NCBI GenBank assembly: GCA_963785045.1
Contig: CAWAUC010000004.1
Coordinates: 52,616 to 116,615, forward strand
Source of the DNA: an uncultured delta proteobacterium
GTDB lineage: Bacteria > Desulfobacterota > Desulfobacteria > Desulfobacterales > SpSt-501
DNA: 64,000 nucleotides
Direction of reading: 5' to 3'
Shown here: positions 19,339 through 28,995 of the stretch, one piece after another
Layout of the letters: each line of letters begins with the position of its first letter
How positions within the stretch are numbered: position 1 is the first letter of the stretch
Translations under genes and position numbers: made by a program
Notes under the pieces: model-generated
What the model saw: the letters and a program-made list of their open reading frames with translations, nothing else
Database searches by the model: none
Told to the model about the DNA's origin: nothing

Positions 19339-21603
19339 ATGAGATTTCTGGCTGGGGCGTGCGGCATCCTGTGGATCATCGGAGTCTGTCCGGCATCCGC
19401 CCAGACCCCGGCTGCGCCTTCAACCCACGAAAGCTCTCTGCCCGAAGTGAAAGCGGCAGATCTCGAGGCTCTCGCCGCCACCATCGAAAACGACCAGTCG
19501 CGCAAGCAGATGCTCGAACAGATCCGGGCGCTGATTGCCGTGGCCAGGAGTTCGAATCCGGCCCCGACGGAAAAACCCATCAGCGAACGGTTGGCGGAAA
19601 CCGCTTCGAACACGATTGAAGAGACGTCCCAAAGCCTGAGAGACATCGGCCGCTTTTTCCCCAACCAACAGGCGGTGAATGACTGGATACGGAACCGGCT
19701 CTCGGACCCTGCCAAGGTTGGTCGGATGGCCGGAAAGGCATGGCCGGTGGTCTTGATATTCGGTATTGCATGGCTGATTGAATTTTCGACGGCACGGCTG
19801 CTTGCCCGCCCCCGCCGACGCCTGGAAGAACGGGCGCATGGAACCGTGGCGGCCCGCCTGCCGCTGGCGGTCGGCAGGGCCTTCCTGCGGCTTGGCGCCG
19901 TAGCGGCATTTACCGTTGCGGGGTTGGCCGTTTTCTTTTTTATCCGACCCGGTGGCCTTGTTGGCGAGGTGGTGCTTCAGACGTTCGCCGCATACATTGC
20001 CGGCCGAATCCTGGTAATCGCGGCACGCATGATTCTTGCGCCGGGGGTACCCTCCTTGCGTTTGGTGCCGCTCGGCTCCGAGGCCGCCGGTTCCCTGTTT
20101 GTGTGGATCCGGCGGCTGATGATGGCGGCCCTGGCAGGCTACCTGCTGGCCAGCATTTTCCTGCTCTTCGGCTTGCCTTCGAGAGGGTTTGCCGCCCTGA
20201 TGAATCTTCTCGGCATAATCCTGCTGGTCCTGCTGATCGTCTTCGTTCTTCGACACCGCTTGGCTGTCGCCGTGTGGATCCGCGGCGCTGAAGATCCATC
20301 TTCCGGGCGGTACGCTGTCCGCCGGTCGTTCCGGCGGGGGCTCGCCGCTGTCTGGCACTTGCTGGCCATCGTGTACCTGACCGGTTTCTTCGTCGTCTGG
20401 TGGCAGTCCATCAAAGGCGGCTTGGTTTACCTGGGCCGCGGCACGCTGCTGTCGGCCCTCGTGCTCTTCCTCGTCTGGATCGTCTTTCAAGGGTTGCAGC
20501 GCAGTGCCGACCGGGCATTGGCCATCGGGGAAGACCCCCAGCGACGAGGTCCCGGGCTCAAGGCGCGAGCCGGCGCGTATCTTCCGGTGGTCTTGAACGT
20601 TGTCCGCGCCGCTATCGCACTGTTTGCCGCCCTGTCGATCCTGGAAGCCTGGAACGTGGATGCCTACCAATGGCTGAAGGCGCCTGCCGGCCAGCGGGTC
20701 CTCGGCGTTTTCTTCAGCATCGCAGTGGTGGCCGCAATTGCCGTCGTGGCCTGGGAGACCGTGACCGTTGCCACCGAACGCTACCTGGCCGACGCCGAAA
20801 AATCCGGCAAAACGCCGGCTCAGAGCGCGCGGGCCCGCACACTGCTGCCCCTGATGCGCAAGGCGCTGCTGCTGGTGTTGATCGTCATCGTCTCTCTCAT
20901 CGCGCTCTCCGAGCTCGGGATTCACATCGGTCCCCTGCTGGCCGGTGCCGGCATCATCGGCTTGGCCGTCGGCTTCGGCGCGCAGAAGCTGGTCCAGGAC
21001 GTCATCACGGGGGTGTTCATTCTGCTGGAGGACTCGGTTGCGGTCGGGGACGTGGTCACCGTGGCCGGCATCGGCGGCCTGGTTGAGGACTTGTCGATCC
21101 GGTCCATCCGCCTGCGCGACCTCGCAGGTAGCGTTCATACCGTACCGTTCAGCTCGGTCAGTACCGTCACCAACATGACCAAGCTGTATTCCTACTACCT
21201 GCTGGACATCGGAGTCGCGTACCGTGAAAACACAGACGAGGTTGCGGAGGTCTGCCGGCAGATCGTCGCGCAGATGCGCGCTGAGCCCGAATTCGCGCCG
21301 GAGATCCTCGAGCCCCTCGAAGTCCTGGGGGTGGACCAGTTTGCGGACTCTGCGGTCATCATCAAGGCGCGCATCAAAACACGCCCCATCAAGCAGTGGA
21401 TGGTGGGACGCGAGTTCAACCGGCGCATGAAGAAGCGTTTCGACGAGCTGGGCATCGAGATCCCCTTCCCGCACCACACGCTTTATTTCGGCGCCGACAA
21501 GGAAGGCAAGGCACCTGCGCTGCACGCCGTCCTGGCGTCACAGCCCCCGGCGGAGCGGGACCCTTCCCTGGGAAGCGGCAAGAAGGAATACCCGGCGGGA
21601 TGA
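19339..21603 (+). CDS. Mechanosensitive ion channel family protein (MscK/MscS-like) with signal peptide, periplasmic domain and multiple TM helices
   Basis: C-terminal MscS core GLAVGFGAQKLVQDVITGVFILLEDSVAVGDVVTVAGIGGLVEDLSIRSIRLRDLAGSVHTVPFSS...IPFPHHTLYF. Start re-placed at MRFLAGACGIL. Confidence 0.8.
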   Translation: MRFLAGACGILWIIGVCPASAQTPAAPSTHESSLPEVKAADLEALAATIENDQSRKQMLEQIRALIAVARSSNPAPTEKPISERLAETASNTIEETSQSLRDIGRFFPNQQAVNDWIRNRLSDPAKVGRMAGKAWPVVLIFGIAWLIEFSTARLLARPRRRLEERAHGTVAARLPLAVGRAFLRLGAVAAFTVAGLAVFFFIRPGGLVGEVVLQTFAAYIAGRILVIAARMILAPGVPSLRLVPLGSEAAGSLFVWIRRLMMAALAGYLLASIFLLFGLPSRGFAALMNLLGIILLVLLIVFVLRHRLAVAVWIRGAEDPSSGRYAVRRSFRRGLAAVWHLLAIVYLTGFFVVWWQSIKGGLVYLGRGTLLSALVLFLVWIVFQGLQRSADRALAIGEDPQRRGPGLKARAGAYLPVVLNVVRAAIALFAALSILEAWNVDAYQWLKAPAGQRVLGVFFSIAVVAAIAVVAWETVTVATERYLADAEKSGKTPAQSARARTLLPLMRKALLLVLIVIVSLIALSELGIHIGPLLAGAGIIGLAVGFGAQKLVQDVITGVFILLEDSVAVGDVVTVAGIGGLVEDLSIRSIRLRDLAGSVHTVPFSSVSTVTNMTKLYSYYLLDIGVAYRENTDEVAEVCRQIVAQMRAEPEFAPEILEPLEVLGVDQFADSAVIIKARIKTRPIKQWMVGREFNRRMKKRFDELGIEIPFPHHTLYFGADKEGKAPALHAVLASQPPAERDPSLGSGKKEYPAG

Positions 21604-22461
21604 CGCGCCGAACGCGGTCCTGCGCTCGGCGCAGGGCGGTCACAAGATCGCCCCTGCAACCCATCTCTCTGTTCCCAGTCCAAACGGTTTAAGGGTTCCA
21701 AAGATTGCCGGTAAGCTGATGGGCCATGGCCGGGTGGGTATTGGAATAGGCAGCCGAGTGGTGGGTTATTGAAATAGGCGCCGGACCCCTACAAAAAGGT
21801 ATCGTCATCGTCGATGAGGCTCCTGCCCCGCTCCGTGACATGTCCAAAATTCTGTAATCAGATCCGGTGATAGAGACGGCGACTGCAAGCGCTTGCTTCA
21901 GAGAGACCCAAGAAACTGTTTCGCCTGGTATTCGAACTCTCGGGTTTCCGCCTCCACTTCCCGTTGGTAGGGTCTTCTCAGAGACCGTCACGGTGACATA
22001 TCCCCCGACCCCTGAAAATGAAATACAGAAGGAACCGCGCTCCGTCTCGTCCAATCCCTCACCGCCTTTTCCAAAATATGGGAGGCCTTCTCAAGAATCT
22101 CAGCCAGGTTCAGCTGGGATTTTTTTGAAATGCGGATCATGGTGGCTTCTCCTACTAAAAACAAGCCGGTTTCTGCACGTTTTTTGTGTGTCAGACAAAT
22201 GCGGACAGCAAAAAAGCGGGCCTCCTTACATGAATTTCAGACAGGAGCTGATGGCGGACGTTTGTCTTTCTGGTTATTGTTTGGTCGAAAACGATGCGCA
22301 GGGTTTTCCGACAAGTATTTTGAAAAACCATAAGCTTTGTTACACAGTCCTGCCATGGGGAGAATACGGAGAGGGCCATCTGCATCGCTGGTCAAGGTTA
22401 GGGCAGTCAAATTCGCATCCATGAAGTAAATGACTTTTTCGGATTGCAAAGGATATAAGCT

Positions 22462-23298
22462 ATGAAAAAGTGGATATTTATCGGCTTAGGAGGCATTGTC
22501 GTCATCCTGATCGTGATCGTGGGGGTGGGGCTAACAAAACTCGGCCCGATCGTTAAAACGGCAGTCAACACATATGGACCCCAAATAACCGGCACTCAAC
22601 TCAAGGTTGAAGACGTCGGGATTTCACTAGTTTCCGGGCAAGCCAAGCTTGAAAAGTTTTTTTTAGGTAATCCGAAAGGCTTCAAATCCCCGAGCGCCGT
22701 AAAAGTAGGTTCCATCGATGTACAGGTGGATGAAGGCACGCTGCCAAAGGACACCATTGTTATCAAAAAGGTCGAAGTGATCGGACCGGAGATCACATAC
22801 GAGAGGAGAGGCAACACGGATAATTTCAAGTCACTTTTAGCCAACGTGCAAAAAGATATGCCTCAGGGAGAATCCGTTAAAAAGGAGCCTGAAAATCAGG
22901 CCCCGGGAAAAAAGCTGATTATCGACGACTTGATAATAAAACAAGGCAAGGTCAATTTAGCCGTGGAAATGCCTGGTGGCAAGTTGGCCGACGAGCGAAT
23001 CAGCGCTGATCTGCCCGATATCCAGGTAAAAAACATTGGCAAAAGCAAAGGTGGCTCTTCTCCGGAAGAAGTAGCCAAAGAGGTTATTGAAACACTGTAT
23101 GCCAACATTAAAGCTCCAAATGTGATTGGGTCTTTAAATGATCAGCTTAAAAAGCTGGGACGCAATGTCACAGAGGCAGTTGAAGGCACTGCCCAAGAGG
23201 GGCTCAAGGGAGCGACAGGTGCTCTTGAAGGCACCGGCAAAGAAGCAGGCGGCTTAACCGCAGAGCTTAAAGGAATGTTCAAGGAGAAGAGTCAGTGA
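22462..23298 (+). CDS. AsmA-like / DUF748-like N-terminal-domain membrane-anchored protein
   Basis: N-terminal TM helix, then IVKTAVNTYGPQITGTQLKVEDVGISLVSGQAKLEKFFLGNPKGF, typical of AsmA-family N-termini. Low-GC region. Confidence 0.45.
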   Translation: MKKWIFIGLGGIVVILIVIVGVGLTKLGPIVKTAVNTYGPQITGTQLKVEDVGISLVSGQAKLEKFFLGNPKGFKSPSAVKVGSIDVQVDEGTLPKDTIVIKKVEVIGPEITYERRGNTDNFKSLLANVQKDMPQGESVKKEPENQAPGKKLIIDDLIIKQGKVNLAVEMPGGKLADERISADLPDIQVKNIGKSKGGSSPEEVAKEVIETLYANIKAPNVIGSLNDQLKKLGRNVTEAVEGTAQEGLKGATGALEGTGKEAGGLTAELKGMFKEKSQ

Positions 23299-23412
23299 CC
23301 TCCGACAAAGACCGGACCCGACTGGCCCTTCCAATTTGTCACAGTAGCGCCAGACCCAAGAAGAAATTTTGTTGGCCCTGGCGCCCCGACAACGGCCGGT
23401 CTCCCTACAACC

Positions 23413-23475
23413 TTAGTCGTGTCCTATAATTATTCGAGTCGCATCATCTTTGTACTGTTCGGTGAATCGTTGCCG
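23413..23475 (-). pseudogene. About 60-nt remnant of the 5' end of an IS481-family transposase gene, inverted relative to the copy at 26386
   Basis: ...SSSTPRQRFTEQYKDDATR matches ...SNSSTRQRFTQQFKDDAAR at 26386. Nucleotide identity is about 70% over roughly 60 nt. Confidence 0.3.
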
Positions 23476-23631
23476 GGGTGTACTGCTGCTCACAAGCATA
23501 CACAAAAATACACGTTTCGGGAAGTTGCATCCAAGCTTTTTTAAATAAGATGCCCAACTCATAAGGCCAAAATTGCAGACGGTATCGCGGGCCTTGTCTT
23601 TCAGGAGCAGAATAATCAAAGGAGAATAGAA

Positions 23632-24360
23632 ATGAAGCAGCTCGTGTTGATGAGCGGACTACTAGTTTCATTTATAGCCTCATCGGCCGCAGGTCAAGAT
23701 ATTAAGAGCGCCGTTACCGGCGCCATGAAGTTGGTCGGAGGAGAGACATCTTCGAGCAGTGGCGGGGAAGTAGCATCTGGTCTAAAGGAAGCACTGGCAA
23801 ATGGAGTTGGGAATGCCGTTCAAACCCTGTCAAAATCTAATGGTTATTTTGGTGACAGCGCAGTGAAAATTCTTATGCCTGACAAAATGCAACAGGTAGC
23901 TGAAATTTTATCAAAAGCAGGTTACAAAAAAGAGGTTGACGATTTTATTCTCAGCATGAACCGTTCAGCAGAGCAGGCAGCACCAAAGGCCAAACCGATT
24001 TTGGAGGATGCTATCAGGAATATGAGCTTTGAAGATGCACAGAAAATTCTCAACGGAGGCAAGACTTCTGCCACTGACTATTTCAAAGCCAAGACATCTT
24101 CCCAACTCACACAAGCTTTCAAACCTGTAATCTCGGACAGCATGAATCAGGTGGGTGTAACACACTCATACAAGGCCCTGACCGACCGCTACACGTCCAT
24201 GATTCCATTTGGAAAGATGGATACCTTCGACTTGGATACCTACGTGACCCAAAAGGCTATAGATGGACTTTTTGTCAAGGTGGGGCAGCAGGAAGCCAAT
24301 ATCCGAACGAGCCCGGCTGCCAGAACGACCGATCTGCTCAAGAAAGTCTTTGGCAATTAG
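23632..24360 (+). CDS. DUF4197 family secreted protein
   Basis: Signal peptide [21 protein letters not shown]. Then [36 protein letters not shown]..., characteristic of DUF4197. Confidence 0.55.
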   Translation: MKQLVLMSGLLVSFIASSAAGQDIKSAVTGAMKLVGGETSSSSGGEVASGLKEALANGVGNAVQTLSKSNGYFGDSAVKILMPDKMQQVAEILSKAGYKKEVDDFILSMNRSAEQAAPKAKPILEDAIRNMSFEDAQKILNGGKTSATDYFKAKTSSQLTQAFKPVISDSMNQVGVTHSYKALTDRYTSMIPFGKMDTFDLDTYVTQKAIDGLFVKVGQQEANIRTSPAARTTDLLKKVFGN

Positions 24361-24662
24361 ACTTCCGGTCTGTTGCGGATAATGAAAAAAGCCCCTCTGC
24401 TTAAAACTTACAGCATCAGCGGCCTCTTCAGCAGTGGGATATAATTTCTCGATCTTTTCGCTATTGACCCAAATATATCAGCCTCCTAATTCGGGTCTTG
24501 TCCTGAGCACCCCAATAGGGCTTTGGTATCTGGAAATACTCTACCTCAATATGATCCGGGTGAACGCTTTTACGCTAATTCGGCTTTAAAAATAAATCGG
24601 GCGGCCTCATTGAAAACTTGCCGAGGCCGCCCGGATGCGTTCTGCAATTGATACTCGTGTCG

Positions 24663-24869
24663 TCAATCCCTGTCATGCCATCCTCCCCTATAATGGTCTC
24701 GGTAATACCCGCCACCATCCCCGTGGTAGTATCCGTTATAGCCCTGATAATATCTGTCATGATCGTGGTGGGCTCCATCCCAGCCATAGCCTCCAACTGC
24801 GAAGTAACACCCCCCAACTGACAGCGTCAAAAACATCAATATCATTACCGACAGGATTTTCTTTTTCAT
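24663..24869 (-). CDS. Small secreted Gly/Tyr/His/Asp/Arg-rich protein (68 aa)
   Basis: Signal peptide MKKKILSVMILMFLTLSVGGC, then YFAVGGYGWDGAHHDHDRYYQGYNGYYHGDGGGYYRDHYRGGWHDRD. Low-GC island. Confidence 0.5.
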   Translation of the reverse strand: MKKKILSVMILMFLTLSVGGCYFAVGGYGWDGAHHDHDRYYQGYNGYYHGDGGGYYRDHYRGGWHDRD

Positions 24870-24996
24870 AATGGCCTTCTTTCATTTTCAACGGCCAATG
24901 ATAGCCGTGGATTGCTCTCCTTTCATTTGCTGTCTTGTCGGGATATCTCACCCAAATCTTTCATTTGAACAACCATCCAGCGTGCCAGAGATTTTG

Positions 24997-25326
24997 CTAA
25001 TGACCACTCATGCCGAAACTAAATGCTACGCCCGGCCGAATGACCGTCGGCGGCCCATAATAATATCCATTTGGCACCGGGGCTGCGTATACGACCGGCG
25101 GATAATAAACGTAGGGACGAACAACGACAGGCCGATAATAACGCACCACAGGAAGCGGCTTGGGCGCGCAATACCGGTAATGAGGATATCCCTCATGTCT
25201 ATAGTGGCCATGAGCGTATCCGCCCCTGCCACCGTTGCCTCTCCAACCATCTGCCAGGGATACGCCAGTGCCAACAAAGATCATAAGAGTCGCAATTGTT
25301 AATATTTTCAAAATGTTGGTTTTCAT
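24997..25326 (-). CDS. Small secreted Tyr/Pro/Val/His-rich protein (109 aa)
   Basis: Signal peptide MKTNILKILTIATLMIFVGTGVSLA. Then GWRGNGGRGGYAHGHYRHEGYPHYRY...RYYRPVVVRPYVYYPPVVYAAPVPNGYYYGPP. Strong RBS AAGGAGG. Confidence 0.55.
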   Translation of the reverse strand: MKTNILKILTIATLMIFVGTGVSLADGWRGNGGRGGYAHGHYRHEGYPHYRYCAPKPLPVVRYYRPVVVRPYVYYPPVVYAAPVPNGYYYGPPTVIRPGVAFSFGMSGH

Positions 25327-25800
25327 GTTGGCCTCCTTCTTCCGTCGAATTTATCCCATTGGACGAAGCAGGAAGCGGAAGGGTTTACATCGAGTTTTTG
25401 GAAGGATGTGAGGAGTGTGGTAACCAGGCGACTCTTTAAATATCTTCTACCAACCTCATGTTTTTAGAAATTGGATATGTTATAAGAAGGTATCGCTAAA
25501 AAGGCAGGCCAGATTTTACGGTGATAGATTGCCCATGGGAATGTGAAATTTGGGCCAGCGCTGAAAATTTCGTTATAGGGTTGGTGTTGTAGCGCGCCAC
25601 TCCAGTTCAGAAGCTGAATACGCTATTTCCCCGCCTTCTTGCATCTCTTTTAAAACTCGCAGTAGCATCTGCTCCAAAACTTTGTTAAATCCAACATTTA
25701 TTGGCATCGTTTCTACTCCGGCCGGCACACTCGTATTGCCGATAGCAGTGTACAACGCATGCTTTATTTCCTTCCTATTGTGAACCTTACCATTATTAAG

Positions 25801-26208
25801 CTAAATAGTAAGCGACATCTCATAGGCGTCTGTCACGGTGTTTCCAACGGCTCCCAAGGTTAGGCCTGCTCCAAACCCCTTTCCAGAAGCAGCCCCCAAA
25901 TCTGCAATGTTGTTGCAGACGATAATAATTTCACCATCAATCGCTTCAGCACTTGGGATTATAACACCGGTTCCACGTAAAATCCGTTCAGAGTTATCCT
26001 TTAAAATCACATCGACTTTTTCGTAATGCTCGCCATTTCTCTGGAACTCAGTCGATAGCTTCAATTTCAGAGGTTCGTTGCTGCGCTTTATATCCTCGTA
26101 ACTAACCTTGGGGATATTGGGGTCCAAATATGATTTTTGAGAAATGCAGCCACTAGTAATGATGCTTGCAAACAACATAGTGGCAAGAGCAAAAGGGAAT
26201 TTTTTCAT
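25801..26208 (-). CDS. Hypothetical lipoprotein
   Basis: MKKFPFALATMLFASIITSGC lipobox. RBS GGAGG. No recognisable domain. Confidence 0.5.
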   Translation of the reverse strand: MKKFPFALATMLFASIITSGCISQKSYLDPNIPKVSYEDIKRSNEPLKLKLSTEFQRNGEHYEKVDVILKDNSERILRGTGVIIPSAEAIDGEIIIVCNNIADLGAASGKGFGAGLTLGAVGNTVTDAYEMSLTI

Positions 26209-26385
26209 AGAACCTCCAATAATTATCGATTGTGATAGCATGCCCATGCATCTGCGCATTCATAAAATTTCTTATCAGCTATTGTTGTATTATCGGTGTC
26301 TTTAACGATTAATTTAATGTATTGATGTGGTTTAAAAGAAACGGACATCTTGATAAGAGTACCCTATAAGAAAGCGAGGTGTCCT

Positions 26386-27928
26386 ATGAGCAACAGTTCC
26401 ACCCGGCAACGATTCACCCAGCAGTTCAAGGACGACGCGGCTCGACTGGTCATCTGTCCTAATCGCCAGTTGTGGCTGTTAAAGTGGAGCATCCCGAGTA
26501 CGGCCCGCGGCGGATCAGCGATTTTCTCAAGCGCTTTTTCCTGATGCGCACTAGCCCGGCGAGGGTCCGCAAGACGCTGGTCGCACGGGGGCTGGTGAAA
26601 AAGGCACAGATTCAGCGCTGGGTGAAAGCCTTTCGGCTTCACGGAGCCGTGGGGTTGGAGCCCAAGCGTCCCGTCAGCCGTAAGAGCCGCGTTGCCGAGG
26701 AGGTTCGGCAGCAGGCGGTGGCAGTTAAGCGGGAGCATCCGGAGTACGGTCCCCGGCGGATCACCGATGTTTTGAAGCGGTTTTTTCTGATGCGCACAAG
26801 TCCCTGCGACGGTTCACAAAACCCTCGCCGAGCGGGGCCTGGTGAAGAAGGCTCCTGTCAAGCCGGAGAAGAACCCCGCCAAGCCGCGTTTCTTCGAGCG
26901 GGCCCGGCCGAACCAGCTCTGGCAGAGCGACATCCTGACCATTCGGCTCGGGGGCCACAACGCCTACCTGATCGGCTTCATCGACGACTACAGCCGCTAC
27001 ATGACCTCCCTGGGGTTATACCGAAGCCAGACCGCCGAGCACGTGCTTGAGACCTACCGTCGCGGCGGTGGCCGACTACGGGGTCCCCAAGGAGGTGCTG
27101 ACCGACAACGGACGGCAGTACACCAACTGGCGGGGGAAGACCCGCTTCGAGCAGGAGCTGGAGAAAGACCGTGTCAAACATATCCGCTCCCGGCCGCACC
27201 ACCCGATGACCCTTGGCAAGATCGAGCGGTTCTGGAAGTCGCTGCTGGGGGAGTTTTTGCAGCGGGCGCAGTTTGACAGCTTCGAGCAGGCGGTCGAGCG
27301 CACCGCGCTGTGGGTCAAGTATTACAACCACAAGCGGCCCCACCAGGGGATCGGGGGGCTTTGTCCCGCGGACCGGTTCTTCGAGATCGCCCACGAGCTG
27401 AAGCAGACGATCGAGAAGGGGCTCGAGGAGAATGCGCTCGAGCTCGCCCTTCGCGGCCGCCCGGTGGACCCCTTTTACATGGTGGGCCGCATGGGCGGAC
27501 AATCGGTTGTGATCCGGGCCGAGAAGGGCAAAGTCCGGATGCTGCTTGACGGTGAGAGCGGTGCTTCTCAAAAAGAACTTGTCTACGATGCGAGAAAGGA
27601 TATAGACCATGAACACGACCACAAGCCAACCCGCCGGGTCTTCGACCCGCAGCAGAAGATAACCGCGGTGCTCTCGATCTGGAGCGAGCGGCGGACGAGT
27701 GCGCAGCTTTGTCAGGAGATGGACATCAGTCCGGCCCTGCTTGGCCAGTGGCAGAACCTGGCGATCGAGGGGATGCTCCGGGCGCTGGATCCCAAAAAGA
27801 AGGATCCGCTGCCGCCGATCAACCAGCGGCTCTCGCGGCTGATCGAGAAGAAGCTTGCCGGCACAACGGGCAAGCTGGAGAAGCGGTTGCGAGCAATCCA
27901 GAAGAACAAGGCGGCGATTACCCCTTAA
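26386..27928 (+). pseudogene. IS481-family DDE transposase (rve integrase core), disrupted by several frameshifts and an internal ~120-bp duplication
   Basis: N-terminal HTH RQRFTQQFKDDAARLV. RWVKAFRLHGAVGLEPKRPVSRKS and VKREHPEYGPRRITDVL match IS481-type N-termini. DDE core RPNQLWQSDILTIRLGG...GFIDDYSRYM...VLTDNGRQYTNW...HPMTLGKIERFWKSL spans three frames. The EHPEYGPRRI..RFFLMRTSP block is duplicated (26485..26570 and 26730..26815). Confidence 0.65.
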
Positions 27929-27934
27929 CCCGGG

Positions 27935-28294
27935 ATGGCGGTGATGAAACAGGCTGCGAGCAGCCAGCAGCAGAAAGCACGGCTGCGGGCCGAGGTAATC
28001 ATGAAGGTGCGCTGCGGGCTATTGACAGCCCAGCAGGCAGCCGAGCATCTGGGAGTCTCCCGCAAGACCTACTACAAGTGGGAGGAGCGGGGGCTTGCGG
28101 GGCTGCTATCGAGTCTTGCGGATCAGGCGAGTGGCCGGCCCTGCCAGCCGGTGGACTCAGACAAACAGAGCCTGGAGCGGCAGTTGGAGCAGGCCCATCG
28201 GGAGTGTGCCATTTTGCAGCACAAGATGGCGCTAAAGGATGTGCTGACCGACTTGAAGTTGACTCCCGGAATGAACCGGGCGGAAAAAAAATGA
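27935..28294 (+). pseudogene. Second, truncated IS481-family transposase N-terminal HTH fragment
   Basis: LTAQQAAEHLGVSRKTYYKWEERGLAGLLSSLADQASGRP resembles the IS481 N-terminal HTH. No DDE domain follows. Confidence 0.4.
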
Positions 28295-28339
28295 GCGCAT
28301 CGGTCGGGTGCTTGCCATGATCGCCGAAGGCAAAATGCG

Positions 28340-28750
28340 ATGCGCCCTTCCCATCCGTACCCTGGCAGCGGAGATGGGGCTTGGCGCTGCAACGCTCGCA
28401 CGCTGGCGACGGCGGCTCAGCCGGGGACAAGCGGCTATCGGCCGACGCGGCCCGCGAAAGGTCTAACCGAATTCGTCTTTGTCAATGCCGATACCGGGCG
28501 CGCTTACAGCCGCAATTTCAACCGCGATCTGTGGAATCCGGCCTGCAAACGAGCCCTCGGTCACATTTTTCCGCTAAACAATGCCGGACGTCATGCATTT
28601 GCCAATCAGCTTCTCGCAGCAGGGACAGAGCTTGAGGACGTTTCCGCCCTCCTCCGACACAGCGACTCGCAAATCACCAAGAAGAACTATGGCAGGCCTC
28701 ACCTTCAAGTGCTAAAGAAGGTGGTCGATAATGTGCAGCGCCTCGAATGA
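28340..28750 (+). pseudogene. Truncated tyrosine recombinase / phage-type integrase (C-terminal catalytic region only)
   Basis: Box II ...NAGRHAFANQLLAAGTELEDVSALLRHSDSQITKKNYGRP, with RH...LRH...Y catalytic residues. N-terminal and core-binding domains are absent. It ends 85 bp from the tRNA-Ser 3' end. Confidence 0.6.
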
Positions 28751-28834
28751 GGCGTTTTGGTGGGGTTGTTGATTTGTTTATCAGTTGTTTACAGGGGTCT
28801 TAAATAAAAATATATAATAAATTAAATAATTTAA

Positions 28835-28927
28835 TGGCGGAGAGGGTGGGATTTGAACCCACGATCCCGTTTTTGACAGGATACCGCTTTTCGAGAGCGG
28901 CGCCTTCAACCGCTCGGCCACCTCTCC
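28835..28927 (-). tRNA. tRNA-Ser (anticodon CGA), type II with long variable arm, CCA encoded
   Basis: Reverse complement GGAGAGG-TG-...-CCGCT-CTCGAAA-AGCGG-(21-nt variable arm)-GTGGG-TTCAAAT-CCCAC-CCTCTCC-G-CCA. 7-bp acceptor, 5-bp anticodon stem and 5-bp T stem all pair. Confidence 0.85.
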
Positions 28928-28995
28928 AACACGCCACGTGATCAAGCCCTAATCTTTTTTCGTACCATCAACCCGCTGGCTTGTCAATTACTTGG

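Larger units (their letters stand above)
26340..28300 (+). mobile_element. Degenerate IS481-family insertion-sequence remnants (one frameshifted full-length transposase plus a second N-terminal HTH fragment)
   Basis: See CDS 26386..27928 and 27935..28294. Confidence 0.6.

Noticed and set aside
19420-21525. 701-aa minus-strand ORF
   Set aside because: Antisense shadow of the MscS-family channel gene.
21930-21960. GGTATTCGAACTCTCGGG segment considered as a tRNA T-arm/att remnant
   Set aside because: No consistent stem pairing or acceptor/CCA context. The similarity to tRNA-Ser is weaker than for the 21725-21785 tandem.
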